Shown: in pieces, positions 1-10,626 of the stretch
Layout of the letters: each line of letters starts with the position of its first letter
Position numbering within the stretch: position 1 is the first letter of the stretch
Source: Acidimicrobiales bacterium
GTDB lineage: Bacteria; Actinomycetota; Acidimicrobiia; Acidimicrobiales; RAAP-2
Assembly: GCA_035532375.1 (NCBI GenBank)
Contig: DATKRC010000125.1
Location: forward strand, 5,805 to 69,804
Length of the DNA: 64,000 nucleotides
Reading direction: 5' to 3'
Translations under genes and position numbers: made by a program
The notes under the pieces: model-generated
Database searches by the model: none
What the model saw: only the letters and a program-made list of their open reading frames with translations
Told to the model about the DNA's origin: nothing

Positions 1-103
1 CAGAGTCACATCTAGCTCTCCAAAGATTTTCTTAGGAAAGCCGGAACTAGGCTCACTTGAGGGCAACGATTCGACCAGTTTGTGGGAATACCAGGAGGTC
101 ACC

Positions 104-481
104 ATGAAGACGGAGCACTGGAAGGAAGAGCCGGACGAGAAAGATTATCCAGCGGCGGTCAATTACTTGTCTCTCAAGACTGATCCCCGCGAGGCAAAGG
201 AAATCGTAAAGACAATGAAGCGGAGTTCGCGGATCGAGCACTTCATGGCCAAGGACATATTCCGAGCCAGTGGATTGCCCCATCTGGCGGCCGACGACCA
301 TCAGGTGGAGAAGGATCTCGCCAAGGTGAAGTCCGGTGAGAAGCTCTCCCCCGTACTACTGGTGCGAGGCACGCCGCTCTGGGTGGCCGACGGCTATCAC
401 CGTATCTGCGCTAGTTACCACCTCAACGAGGACGAAATGATCCCGTGTCGAATAGTTGACCGCATCTCCGCGACTCGGTGA
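104..481 (+). CDS. Small ParB/Srx-like domain protein
   Basis: GGAGG RBS before ATG104; PVLLVR...VADGYHR motif of the ParB-N/sulfiredoxin fold. Confidence 0.6.
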   Translation: MKTEHWKEEPDEKDYPAAVNYLSLKTDPREAKEIVKTMKRSSRIEHFMAKDIFRASGLPHLAADDHQVEKDLAKVKSGEKLSPVLLVRGTPLWVADGYHRICASYHLNEDEMIPCRIVDRISATR

Positions 482-595
482 CACTCAGCGGGTTGACGGC
501 CGTAGCGGGCACCGGAAGTGTGACGACGCGTGGCCCGAGACCTTCACGGGAAGTGAATCCGATCGGGAGCGTCTAATCGAACGCCAGTCGCGCTC

Positions 596-1101
596 TCAGA
601 CACGGTCCATTAGTTCGGCGAAGCTCGTCACGACCACGACGGCACCGTGGTCGCGAAGTTCATCATCGTAATCGTGCGCACCTGCCGCATCGTGATGGTC
701 GACACCAATGACAAGCCCGAAGTGACCGGCCCGACCTGCTTTAGCACCGGCGAGGGCGTCTTCGAGGACCACCGCATTGATCGGCGCGACGCCGAGAACC
801 TTCGCCCCCTTTAGGTAACTGTCAGGCGCCGGCTTTCGCGCGAGATCGAGATCCTTGACCACGTGTCCGTCGACCATCGCGTCGAATAGGTCAACAATGC
901 CCCCCGCCGCCAGTGCCTCCTTCGTGTTCTCGCTCGCGGACACGACGACGACCTTGGTCCCACGCTCATGCAGCTCGTGCACGAGTGCGACCGCTCCGTC
1001 GAAGACCTTCACGCCGTCCTTCTTCATCTCCTCCAGAAATAGTTCATTCTTGCGGTTGCCCAACCCCTTGACGGTGCGCGCGTCCGGCGGATCGTCGTCA
1101 G
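596..1101 (-). pseudogene. 5'-truncated HAD hydrolase (beta-phosphoglucomutase family)
   Basis: C-terminal HAD motifs (VVSAS, KPAPD, VLEDA..G) present; N-terminal DxD motif absent; homology stops near 1100. Confidence 0.7.
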
Positions 1102-1680
1102 TTGATCGCGTTCCGCGAGGAGAAACCGACGCGTGAGCAAATCCTCGGTCTGATCCTGGGATTCTTCGGTGTGCTGGTAGTGCTCGGCCTGTGGGAAGGA
1201 CTTCGCACCGGTCAGCTCCTCGGGACGCTCGCTTGCGTCGGTGCGGTCTGTTGTTACGGCGTGGCCTTTCCTTACGCACGCTGTCATCTCTCGAATGACC
1301 CCGAGACAGCCCTCGCCAAGGCGACCGGTCAAGTGGCTCGGCGCGGCGTTTCTGATTCCGGGCCTCTTCATCTCCGAGATCGTCGCGCCACCGCGCCGCG
1401 GACACCTCGGTCTCGGCACGGGCGGGAATGTTGGCGCTCGGCGTCTCCAGTACTGGCTTCGCGCGTACATCTTGAATTTCCAAGTCATCGACGCGGCCGA
1501 CAGTTCGACGGCGGCCGGTGTCGCGTACCTCTCACCGATCGCCGTCGTCATCGTCGGGATGGTTTTCTTGGGCGAACATCTGTTTTGGTACGAACCGGTT
1601 GGCGCCGTAGTCATCTTGTTGGGTGTCATGTTTTCGCAGGGCCGTATCATCGCGCTCGCGCGACATAACAACGTCATTCT
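1102..1680 (+). pseudogene. 5'-truncated, frameshifted EamA/DMT transporter
   Basis: DMT-like segments (REEKPT..QILGLILGFFGV; AYLSPIAVVIVGMVFLGE) are split over different frames. Confidence 0.7.
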
Positions 1681-1752
1681 GCCGATACATTCAGGGCTTG
1701 AGCAGCGCTCGCTCGCGACGACTACGTTATGTGCAAACGCTCGTGAATCGAG

Positions 1753-3771
1753 GTGCCATTGACCATCGCCCCTAGCCACCCCAAGGCCCGGACCGTCGCG
1801 CTGATCGGTCGAAATGGCGTCGGCAAGACGTCACTGCTCGAAGCCCTCGTCGTCGCCACTGGTGGATTGGAGCGGGCGGGAAAGGTTGATGCTGGCACGA
1901 CGCTCGGCGCCAACGATCCCGAGGAGCGCAAGTACCAAATGTCGCTCGGCATCGCCATGGCGCCGGTGTGGGTCGGCGAGGACAAATTGACGTTGCTGGA
2001 CACCCCTGGCCTGATTGATTTCCACGGAGAGGTCGAGCGCGCATTGGACGTGGCCGACGTCGCAGTCCTCGTGGTATCCGCCGTCGACGGCGTCCAAGGC
2101 GACTTCGTCGCCATCTGGGACCTGGCGCGAGAGGCCGACGTGCCGGTCGTCATCTTCGTGAACGCCCTCGACGCCGAGCGCGCCGATTTCGAATCGACGC
2201 TGAATTCGCTCGAGCAACTGGTTGGACCGAAGCTCGCGCCACTCGAGTTGCCGATCGGCGAAGGTCCCGATCTGCTTGGTGTGGTCGACCTGTTGGCCGA
2301 CGAGGCAATCTTCTATGACCGCAACGAGCCGCGTCACGCAGCGGTGCCCGCGGAGTTGGCCGAAATGGAATCAAGAGTGCGCGCCAGTCTGATCGAAGCG
2401 ATCGTCGTCGCCGATGACTCGCTCACCGAGCGCTACCTCGAAGGTGACGTGCCGAGCATGGAAGAGCTCGAACCGGCGCTCGCTGAAATGATGATCGAGG
2501 GTCGAATCGTGCCGGTGACGTGCGGATCGGCGACGCGCGGGGTCGGCGTGGATCGTCTCGCTACGCTCCTCGACGAGATCGCCGTCTCGCGACCGATTCC
2601 GGCGATGAAGGACGGTAACGAGACGTTCCTCGATCGTGATCCCGACGGCGAACCGATTATGAGGGCCTTCAAAGTGATTGTCGACCCCTACGTCGGACGC
2701 ATCGTCGTCATGGAGGTAATCTCGGGCACCATCACACCGGACATGATCCTGGTCAACGTGCGCACAAGGAACGACGAACGCCTCCATGGTCTCCATCATC
2801 TCTTCGGCTCCAAGTTGGTGCCGGTTACTCGAGCGGTAGCTGGCGACGTCGTCGTGGTCGCCAAACTCAGTGACGTGGCAGTGGGCGACGTGCTCGCCAA
2901 GCGCGGCGTCGATTTGGCGACGTTGACGTCACCATCACCAGCACCGGCGCTTTCGGTGGCTCTCCTCAGCGCGTCCCACGATGACGACGACAAGATCGCG
3001 ACCGCCCTGCACCGGCTCTCGGAAGAAGACCCGTCACTGCGCGTGCGTCACGACCCCGTGTCGCGGCGCCTAGTGGTCGATGCCATGGGCGACACGCATC
3101 TGAAGGTCACGCTGGAAAGGTTGCGACGACGCTTCAACGTGAACGTGACGACCGCCACACCCGACGTCCAGCGTTACGAAACCATCCGATCGGCCCGTGA
3201 GTGCGAAGGTCGACTGAAAAAGCAGACCGGTGGCCACGGTCAGTTCGCGGTGGTGAATCTGAAGGTCGAGCCAATCAAGCCCGATGAGCCCTTCGAGTTC
3301 GTCGACGCCATTGTTGGCGGCGCGGTACCGCGACAGTTCATTAGCGCCGTGCGCAACGGCATCGAGAAGTCGATGGCGCGCGGTGGCCCGGCTGGGTTCC
3401 CGGTCGTGGGCCTTCGCGTCACGCTCTTCGACGGCAAGTTCCACAGCGTCGACTCGTCGGAAGCGGCCTTCGACGCCGCCGGATCATTGGGCCTTCGCGC
3501 GGCCCTCGAAGCTGCGGGCACGGTGGTGCTCGAGCGCATCATGGAAGTTACCACGTCGTTTCCGACCGAATACCTCGGCGAGGTCCTCAATGATCTCAAG
3601 GGTCGCAGGGGCAAGGTGGTCTCGACGAATCAAGACAACGGCGACAACGTCACGGTGATCTCCTACATCCCCGAGGACGGTTTGCACCGATACGGTCTCG
3701 ACTTTCGTGCCATCACCGCTGGTCGCGGTCGAGTCACCATCGAACTGCACCACTTGTCCGAAGCTCCGTGA
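1753..3771 (+). CDS. Elongation factor G paralog (EF-G2-like)
   Basis: GRNGVGKT, DTPG, KKQTGGHGQFA, DGKFHSVDSSE; G4 motif degenerate (NALD). Confidence 0.9.
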   Translation: MPLTIAPSHPKARTVALIGRNGVGKTSLLEALVVATGGLERAGKVDAGTTLGANDPEERKYQMSLGIAMAPVWVGEDKLTLLDTPGLIDFHGEVERALDVADVAVLVVSAVDGVQGDFVAIWDLAREADVPVVIFVNALDAERADFESTLNSLEQLVGPKLAPLELPIGEGPDLLGVVDLLADEAIFYDRNEPRHAAVPAELAEMESRVRASLIEAIVVADDSLTERYLEGDVPSMEELEPALAEMMIEGRIVPVTCGSATRGVGVDRLATLLDEIAVSRPIPAMKDGNETFLDRDPDGEPIMRAFKVIVDPYVGRIVVMEVISGTITPDMILVNVRTRNDERLHGLHHLFGSKLVPVTRAVAGDVVVVAKLSDVAVGDVLAKRGVDLATLTSPSPAPALSVALLSASHDDDDKIATALHRLSEEDPSLRVRHDPVSRRLVVDAMGDTHLKVTLERLRRRFNVNVTTATPDVQRYETIRSARECEGRLKKQTGGHGQFAVVNLKVEPIKPDEPFEFVDAIVGGAVPRQFISAVRNGIEKSMARGGPAGFPVVGLRVTLFDGKFHSVDSSEAAFDAAGSLGLRAALEAAGTVVLERIMEVTTSFPTEYLGEVLNDLKGRRGKVVSTNQDNGDNVTVISYIPEDGLHRYGLDFRAITAGRGRVTIELHHLSEAP

Positions 3772-3801
3772 CCACACCAACACCGGTGAAGTCCTGACGA
3801 G

Positions 3802-4866
3802 TCAAACTGGCACGTCCAACTCGGTCCACAGGCCGTGGTGATGACACCATCCCCAATGACGCGGGGCCGATCCGGGAAGGGTCACGAGGACTTCGGTGGC
3901 GCCCTTTCGCGCACTCTCGCTCTCGGTCGACGTAGTGGGGAAATTCACCATGAACGGTGATTCCAGGGAGATCCACGCAACGTTGCCTTTGGCACAGCGT
4001 TCAACCATGTCGTTGAAGAACGCCGTCTGTTCGTCTCCTGAGAAATACGCCACGACATAACTGTTGAGCACCACCGTCAGCATCGACGGATCGCCGAGGG
4101 CGAGCGCGTCGTCGAGTCGCTCGGCGACCGTCCCGCGCAGTACCGTCACTTCGGGCCATGAGGTGCGTTGGGCGATGATCGCTTCGAGGCGAGTCATGCG
4201 CCGAGGCTCTTCGGGCCACAGGCAGGCTTCCAGCCACAGCCGGTCGTCATCGTTCGCGAGATCGAGGGGCGACGGATCAATGCCGACTCGCGAGACCACA
4301 CTCGGTAATGCAAGCAAGCGGTCGACCGGCGTCTCGTCACGACAGACCAGCGTCAGCGGATTGTCGTCATCGGTGTCGCGAACGGGATATTGATCGAAAT
4401 AGAGATTCAGACCGCCCGCCGTACCGACGTCGATCAGATTGATCGACGGATGACCGTCGCGGGCGATCAGTGCGATCACCGTCTGGAAGACCGCCGAACG
4501 CCCCGGCTCATTCGTCTGCGTTGAACGATGCAGTTGTGAACGAACCAAATCCGGTTGCGCGTTCACGACTTCGAGCACCCGTCGTGCGGCGACCTCGGGA
4601 TCAGACAACGATCCCTCTCGCGCGGCGAGATAGATCGGCGCGAGCACCGGATGACCGCGCAGGGCGGCCAGGTGCAGTGACGCCAAGACCAACATCGGGT
4701 TTCTCTGTTCGACGCGGATGCCAGCGAGCAGCACCTGGGCGACGAGATCGTTTTCGAGCTCCGTCATCAACGCTGAGTAGAAAGGCAGACGTTGGTGATC
4801 TTCAGCGGTGAACGAGTAGTGATAGCGACGTCGAGCATCTTCTAAGTCCATGGTCACAATCTGCAC
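3802..4866 (-). CDS. DUF2332 family protein
   Basis: TQTNEPGRSA, DVGTAGGLNL and WLEACLWPE motifs. Confidence 0.75.
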   Translation of the reverse strand: MQIVTMDLEDARRRYHYSFTAEDHQRLPFYSALMTELENDLVAQVLLAGIRVEQRNPMLVLASLHLAALRGHPVLAPIYLAAREGSLSDPEVAARRVLEVVNAQPDLVRSQLHRSTQTNEPGRSAVFQTVIALIARDGHPSINLIDVGTAGGLNLYFDQYPVRDTDDDNPLTLVCRDETPVDRLLALPSVVSRVGIDPSPLDLANDDDRLWLEACLWPEEPRRMTRLEAIIAQRTSWPEVTVLRGTVAERLDDALALGDPSMLTVVLNSYVVAYFSGDEQTAFFNDMVERCAKGNVAWISLESPFMVNFPTTSTESESARKGATEVLVTLPGSAPRHWGWCHHHGLWTELDVPV

Positions 4867-4950
4867 GATACCGAGCGATCACTGCGCCGCAGTGAAGCGC
4901 GTCACCACGTGAAGTCTCCGCTCGGTCCCCTCCATCTAAGGTCGTCTCTG

Positions 4951-6258
4951 GTGAAAAAGAAAATCGCGCTCGTCCAATTGGCGAAGCATCGTGAGCCGCG
5001 ACTACTCGTCACCGGCCAGACCATCTCCCAATTTGGAGATGGCGTCGCGCTGGTGGCTCTCACGCTGCTCGTCTTGGACACCACCCACAGCGCGTCGAAG
5101 CTGGCGTGGTTCGCGGCCGCGCGAATGACCCCTCTCGTGATTTTCCTATTGGTGGGCGGTGCGATCGTCGATCGCTTCTCTCGGCGGATCCTGTTGCTCA
5201 TCTCGGACTGCGTTCGCGCATTCCTCACGGCGATCCTCGTGGTGCTCATCGCCTCAGGTCATTTGAGGTACTTCGAACTGCTCATCTTCGCCGTGCTCTT
5301 CGGCACCTTCGATGCGGTCTTCATGCCGTGCATCACCGCACTCACGCCGGAGATCGTCCCGGAGGATCTGCTGCCGGCGATGAACGCCGTTCGTCCCCTG
5401 TCGAACAATCTGATGGGGAACATGATCGGTCCGGCCGTGGGTGGCGTTATCGCAGCCGCGAGCACCTCGTGGGCCATTGGCGTCGATTGCGTCACATTTC
5501 TCTTTTCGGCGAGTGCACTCTTCTTGATGAAACCGACTCCGGTACCCCATCGCACCCCTGGAAGCACCATGTTCTCTGAAATCAAAGAAGGTATTCGCTA
5601 TGTCCGGAGCACGCGGTGGCTCCGGACAGGATTGGTGGCGGCGGGCCTCGCCAACGCCATCATGTTCAGCCCGATGGCGGTCTTGATTCCGTTTTTGCTG
5701 CTTCACACGTTTCACGACAGTAAAGAAATCGTCGGTTATACCTTCGCCGTCATGGGACTGTCGGGCGCGCTCGGTGCGGTCGTGGCATCCAACTTAAAGA
5801 CGCCGCGACGCCGAATTCGGGTCATGTGGACCTTCTGGACCATCTCGTCACTCTCCGGCTTGATCGTCGGTGTGGCCACGAACTACTGGGAAGTCATGAT
5901 CTTTCCGCTCGTCGCATCACCTTTGTTGCTCCTGGGCAACGTCGTGTGGGAGTCGATGATGCAGACCGAGGTACCGCGAGACCTGCTCGGGCGCGTGAGT
6001 TCGGTCGATTGGTTCATGTCGTTGGGTTTGGCGCCCGTCGGGGTGGTCTTGGCCGGAGCACTCGCCACCGAGTGGGGTGTGCGCACCTATTTCGTCGTGG
6101 TCAGCCTCGCCTCGGCGGCGCCGGGGATATGGATCATCCTTTCGCGCAAGATCAACGAGATCGATCAGGGCCGTCTCAAGGGATCGGCAGTTGTGGAGCC
6201 TCCGCCAGGGACAGACCCACGAGGCGAGAGCCCTTCTTCGCAGAACCTGGGTATATAA
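4951..6258 (+). CDS. MFS transporter
   Basis: GQTISQFGD, GAIVDRFSRR motif A, ~12 hydrophobic segments; start uncertain (4909 or 4951). Confidence 0.9.
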   Translation: MKKKIALVQLAKHREPRLLVTGQTISQFGDGVALVALTLLVLDTTHSASKLAWFAAARMTPLVIFLLVGGAIVDRFSRRILLLISDCVRAFLTAILVVLIASGHLRYFELLIFAVLFGTFDAVFMPCITALTPEIVPEDLLPAMNAVRPLSNNLMGNMIGPAVGGVIAAASTSWAIGVDCVTFLFSASALFLMKPTPVPHRTPGSTMFSEIKEGIRYVRSTRWLRTGLVAAGLANAIMFSPMAVLIPFLLLHTFHDSKEIVGYTFAVMGLSGALGAVVASNLKTPRRRIRVMWTFWTISSLSGLIVGVATNYWEVMIFPLVASPLLLLGNVVWESMMQTEVPRDLLGRVSSVDWFMSLGLAPVGVVLAGALATEWGVRTYFVVVSLASAAPGIWIILSRKINEIDQGRLKGSAVVEPPPGTDPRGESPSSQNLGI

Positions 6259-6481
6259 CCTCCGGTCGAAACGAACGACCCTTGGCCTCGCCCGCCCGAC
6301 CGCCTCGAACCTCTACCCATTCGTCGTTCGTCGACTCGTTGAGGGCGTGCGCCACGAAGACCCAGTGCTGGCGTCGTTCTTTCACGCCGTCGACCACGAC
6401 TACGTCACCGGCACGTACGCCGTTCCAGCGCGTGCTTCGCACCACGTGACCGTGACGAGTAACGACGGCACGTGGTTTCAC
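6176..6481 (-). CDS. Hypothetical small beta-rich protein
   Basis: 101-aa ORF with plausible composition; overlaps the MFS 3' end. Confidence 0.5.
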   Translation of the reverse strand: MKPRAVVTRHGHVVRSTRWNGVRAGDVVVVDGVKERRQHWVFVAHALNESTNDEWVEVRGGRAGEAKGRSFRPEVIYPGSAKKGSRLVGLSLAEAPQLPIP

Positions 6482-6545
6482 GCTTCATTTCTACTCGGTG
6501 GCTCGGTGGTCACTCGACGTCACAGCCGGGTTCTACGGTGGAATC

Positions 6546-7334
6546 ATGACCTTCACGCAGGAACTGCCTCGCTCGCTCTCGCCTTCACGGCTGTCTGACT
6601 TTCAGGCCTGCCCGCGTCGCTACCAGCACACTTCGATTGAGAGAATCCCCCAGCCCGCGTCCTACGCGAGCGCGAAGGGTCGTTTCGCCCACTACGTCTT
6701 CGAACAGCTCTTTAACTTGTCACCCGATGAGCGCACCATCGAACGAGCACGCACATTCGTGCCGGCCGCAGTCGAAGTGATCCTCACCGAGGATGTTCGT
6801 ACCGATATCGCCATGGATGATGCACTAATGGCGCAACTCCTTCAAGAGACCGAAGAAATCATCACCACGTACTTTCAGATGGAGGATCCGACGACGGTCA
6901 CCAGTGAGGGCGTGGAACTGCGCATCGGCGTCACGGTGGACGGCACGCCGCTCTTTGGCATCTTGGACCGACTGGACCGCGACCACGACGGCTCGCTCAC
7001 CATCGTCGATTACAAAACCGGCGGCCTGCCGAACCGTAACTTCGACTCGCACACCTTCGCCAACGCCGAACTCTACGCGGCGCTGTGCGAAGCGGAACTC
7101 GGTGAACAACCGAAGAAGATTCGACTTATGTACGTCGCCAAGGGCGAGAGTATCGAGCGAAACGTGAGCGAGGTCGTCGTCAAAGCCCGTTCGCAGTCCG
7201 CGGCCAACGCGTGGGAGAGAATCAATCGGTTCTACGAGAACGGCGAATTTCCGGCGACACCTTCGGTGAAGGCGTGTCGCTTCTGCTCCTTCAAGGACAT
7301 GTGTCGTTCCAAGGGAATCGCCGTTCCGGTTTGA
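6546..7334 (+). CDS. RecB-family PD-(D/E)XK exonuclease with Cys cluster
   Basis: LSPS..CP, GILDRLD, IVDYKTG, CRFCSFKDMC; leaderless TACGGT-N6-ATG. Confidence 0.85.
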   Translation: MTFTQELPRSLSPSRLSDFQACPRRYQHTSIERIPQPASYASAKGRFAHYVFEQLFNLSPDERTIERARTFVPAAVEVILTEDVRTDIAMDDALMAQLLQETEEIITTYFQMEDPTTVTSEGVELRIGVTVDGTPLFGILDRLDRDHDGSLTIVDYKTGGLPNRNFDSHTFANAELYAALCEAELGEQPKKIRLMYVAKGESIERNVSEVVVKARSQSAANAWERINRFYENGEFPATPSVKACRFCSFKDMCRSKGIAVPV

Positions 7335-7354
7335 GCGACCTTTAGGCTGGCCGA

Positions 7355-7948
7355 ATGCAATCGTTCGATCTTTCCTTTGACTACCGCTGTCCCTTCGCCA
7401 AGAACATCCACCTGCACGTCATAGCGGCGTTGCGCAATGGGGCCGACTACGAGGTCAATTTCGTACCATGGTCCCTCAGCCAAGGGAGCCGCGGCGAGGG
7501 CGCACTCGACGTATGGAACGACCCCGACTACGACCCCGATTTGATCGCACTGGCGGCGGCGGTCTCGGTGCGCGACCAACAGAACGAGTACTTCCTTGAC
7601 GCCCACGAAGCGCTGTTCCGGGCCCGGCATGATCGGGCGGTGCGACTGACCACACTCGAAGAGATAAGCAACGTCCTCGCGCCGCTCGGCATTGACATGT
7701 CGAAAGTCGCGGCGGACATCGCGTCGCGGCGACCCCACGACGTCATCGCCGCGAGTCATAAGGAGTTCGACCGCTTCGAAGCATTCGGGGTCCCCACGTT
7801 CGTCGTCAATGACGACGCCACGTTCGTCCGCTACATGAGTGAGCCGACTGAGCCCGCCACGTCCGTCCAACTCATCGATTCACTGCTCTATCTGATGACC
7901 AACCAAGTCGACCTGAACGAGTTCAAGCACACGCAACTGCCGCGTTAA
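7355..7948 (+). CDS. DsbA/thioredoxin-fold protein
   Basis: FDYRCPFA and FGVPTF motifs. Confidence 0.8.
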   Translation: MQSFDLSFDYRCPFAKNIHLHVIAALRNGADYEVNFVPWSLSQGSRGEGALDVWNDPDYDPDLIALAAAVSVRDQQNEYFLDAHEALFRARHDRAVRLTTLEEISNVLAPLGIDMSKVAADIASRRPHDVIAASHKEFDRFEAFGVPTFVVNDDATFVRYMSEPTEPATSVQLIDSLLYLMTNQVDLNEFKHTQLPR

Positions 7949-7953
7949 GCCGA

Positions 7954-8862
7954 CTACATCGACTGGTACTGGATCAGCGTGTCGTAGGTTTCGTCGCGGT
8001 CGTCGTTCGCGCCCGCCAACGCCGCCGAGAACTCCGTCGCGCCGGCCTCGGCCAGTTCGTGCAGTTTCTCCAAGACTTGCTCGCGAGTACCGAAGAGTCC
8101 GACGTCGGCGGGTCCGTCGGCCCCTTCGCGGTCGAGCATCGCGCGATAGCTCGGCAACGTCCCGTAGATCGCGAGTGTCTCGTTCACCTTGGTCATCGTG
8201 TCGGCGACGTTCGAAGTCACCGAGATCGGCAGACTGCAGACTATTCGGGGTTTGGGGCGACCGGCGGCTTCGGCCGCCGCGTTGATCGTCGGCGCGACGT
8301 GCGCGGCGATCGTCTTCACACCGGTCATCCAGGTCAACGTGCCGTCGGTCAGCGTCCCCGCCATCTCCAGCATCTTGGGTGCCAGGGCCGCCATCAGAAG
8401 ACTCGGCGCACGGGTATCGCTCGGTCCCAAGGTGCCGATCGTGGTAGCGCTCACGCGCTCGCCGTGCACGCTGACACGTTCGCCTCGGAGTAGTGGCGCG
8501 AGGGCGTCTAAGTACTCGCTCATGTAACGCGCTGGCCGTTCGAACGAGATGCCCCACATTCCCTCGACGACCGCTTTGTGTGAGAGGCCAATACCGAGCG
8601 AGAGCTTTCCGCCAATGGCTTCTTGCACGGTGCGCGCCTGGGCGGCGAGCATCGTTGGATGGCGAGTCTGGATCGGCACGACGGCGGTCCCGAGGTCGAG
8701 GTCACGGAATTCGCGCCCGACTACTGCGAATACGGTCAAGGTGTCCGGCCCGAAGATCTGGGAGGACCACATCCGCCGAAATCCGCGCTCTCGCAAACCG
8801 GCTGCGCGCTCGAGAGTCTTTTCGAGTGGTCCGTCGACGTCCATTCCGATGGCGATGTCCAT
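7954..8862 (-). CDS. LLM-class F420-dependent oxidoreductase
   Basis: LGTAVVPI..RHP, LGIGLSH, AALAPKML. Confidence 0.85.
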   Translation of the reverse strand: MDIAIGMDVDGPLEKTLERAAGLRERGFRRMWSSQIFGPDTLTVFAVVGREFRDLDLGTAVVPIQTRHPTMLAAQARTVQEAIGGKLSLGIGLSHKAVVEGMWGISFERPARYMSEYLDALAPLLRGERVSVHGERVSATTIGTLGPSDTRAPSLLMAALAPKMLEMAGTLTDGTLTWMTGVKTIAAHVAPTINAAAEAAGRPKPRIVCSLPISVTSNVADTMTKVNETLAIYGTLPSYRAMLDREGADGPADVGLFGTREQVLEKLHELAEAGATEFSAALAGANDDRDETYDTLIQYQSM

Positions 8863-8897
8863 TGGTGTCTCCCCGCTCGACCGATATCGTTACGGTC

Positions 8898-10052
8898 GTG
8901 TTGATCGATTCCCAACCTACTGGTCCGGTATCGGTCGGAGTGGTGGGAGCGGGTCAGTTGGCGCGCATGATGGGTGAAGCCGCGCACGGCGCCGGCGTCA
9001 TCCTGACGGTCCTCGCCACCTCACTCGACGATTCTGCGGTCGCGACGGCCGACGCCGCAATCATCGGACCTCCCGACGACGTCGCGGCCCTTGACGAATT
9101 GGCCGCCCTGGTCGACGTCATCACTTTCGATCACGAACTGGTCGAACTCGATCAGATCGAGGCGTTGGAACGACGTGGCGCGGTCGTTCGACCCGATGTT
9201 CGCGCGCTTCGCTTCGCGGTGGACAAAGGACACCAGCGGCGGGTCTTTGACGCCGCAGGCATACCCGTACCGCGTTTCATCGTCGTCTCTTCGACCAGTG
9301 ATCCGATGTTGAAGGGTTTCCTCGACAGCGTCGGGGCTCCGGTCTTGAAGACCGCCAGCAGGGGCTACGACGGACGAGGCGTCCTCTTCCCGCAGAGTCG
9401 CGATGAGACCCTGGCGATGATCGACGAACTCAGCACCGTCTCCAAGGTCGTCGTCGAAGAACGGCTCGCGCTGCGCGGCGAGGCGGCGCTGGTCGTCGTT
9501 CGCGGCGTTAACGGCGAATTCGCCGGTTATCCGCTCGTCTCGACGGTGCAGTCGAGGGCCATGTGCGTCGAAGTTCGCTATCCCGCAGACGTCGACGAGG
9601 CGATGGCCCTCGAGGCGAACCGACTGGGGCGAAAGATCGCCAATCTGGTGGGCGCGGTGGGTGTACTCGCGATCGAGTTCTTCGTTTGTGACCGGGGTCT
9701 GGTCGTCAATGAGATCGCGCTTCGTCCCCACAACACCGGTCATTGGACCATTGAGGGCGCGCGTACCAGTCAGTTCACGAATCACCTCCTGGCCGTGAGT
9801 GGTCGCGCTTTGGGCTCGACCGAGCCGATCGTCGCTGCGGCGGTGATGGTGAACGTCGTGGGGGCCGAGGCGCCCGGTTCGATTGAAAACGCCCGACTGG
9901 TCCGTGGCGCGCACGTCCATGACTACGGCAAGTCGTGGCGTCCGGGACGAAAGCTCGGTCACGTCACGGTCGTGGGCGACGATGCGCCTACGGCGCACGT
10001 GACAGCATGGGAGAGCGCGCGAGCGTACGGCACGGGGACACGGGAGACGTAA
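8898..10052 (+). CDS. purK: N5-carboxyaminoimidazole ribonucleotide synthase
   Basis: [38 protein letters not shown]; adjacent to purE. Confidence 0.95.
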   Translation: MLIDSQPTGPVSVGVVGAGQLARMMGEAAHGAGVILTVLATSLDDSAVATADAAIIGPPDDVAALDELAALVDVITFDHELVELDQIEALERRGAVVRPDVRALRFAVDKGHQRRVFDAAGIPVPRFIVVSSTSDPMLKGFLDSVGAPVLKTASRGYDGRGVLFPQSRDETLAMIDELSTVSKVVVEERLALRGEAALVVVRGVNGEFAGYPLVSTVQSRAMCVEVRYPADVDEAMALEANRLGRKIANLVGAVGVLAIEFFVCDRGLVVNEIALRPHNTGHWTIEGARTSQFTNHLLAVSGRALGSTEPIVAAAVMVNVVGAEAPGSIENARLVRGAHVHDYGKSWRPGRKLGHVTVVGDDAPTAHVTAWESARAYGTGTRET

Positions 10053-10540
10053 TGCAGCCAGACGTGGGCATTGTCATGGGGAGTTCTTCGGACTTAGAAG
10101 TCATGAACGGCGCCGTGTCGATACTGGAGCGCTTCGGCATCACGAATGAAATGCACGTGGTCTCGGCCCATCGCACGCCCGCAGCCATGATCGACTACGG
10201 TCTCGGCGCACGTGCGCGCGGGCTCAAGGTGCTGATCGCGGGCGCCGGTGGAGCCGCGCACTTACCGGGCATGCTGGCCGCGGTGACGACGCTGCCCGTG
10301 ATCGGCGTGCCTATCGCCCTCGCCCAACTCGACGGTCTGGACTCGCTACTCTCGATCACCCAAATGCCCCGGGGCGTGCCGGTGGCGACGGTCGCGATCA
10401 ACGGCGCCACCAACGCCGGACTACTCGCGGCACGCATCCTCTCGCTCAGCGACCCCGCACTCGCGAGCGCGCTCGACGAATACCGAGGCGAGTTGGCTGT
10501 CCAAGCCGCCCAACAGGACCGCGATCTTCCTCGGAATTAA
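10052..10540 (+). CDS. purE: N5-CAIR mutase
   Basis: [34 protein letters not shown]. Confidence 0.97.
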   Translation: MQPDVGIVMGSSSDLEVMNGAVSILERFGITNEMHVVSAHRTPAAMIDYGLGARARGLKVLIAGAGGAAHLPGMLAAVTTLPVIGVPIALAQLDGLDSLLSITQMPRGVPVATVAINGATNAGLLAARILSLSDPALASALDEYRGELAVQAAQQDRDLPRN

Positions 10541-10626
10541 TCACTTTCTTACAAAGCGTCAGCGGCAATTCGTTCGCGGGGTACCCGTGTCGCCCCCTAG
10601 TGTGGATTCGTAACTAAGGAGGTCCC

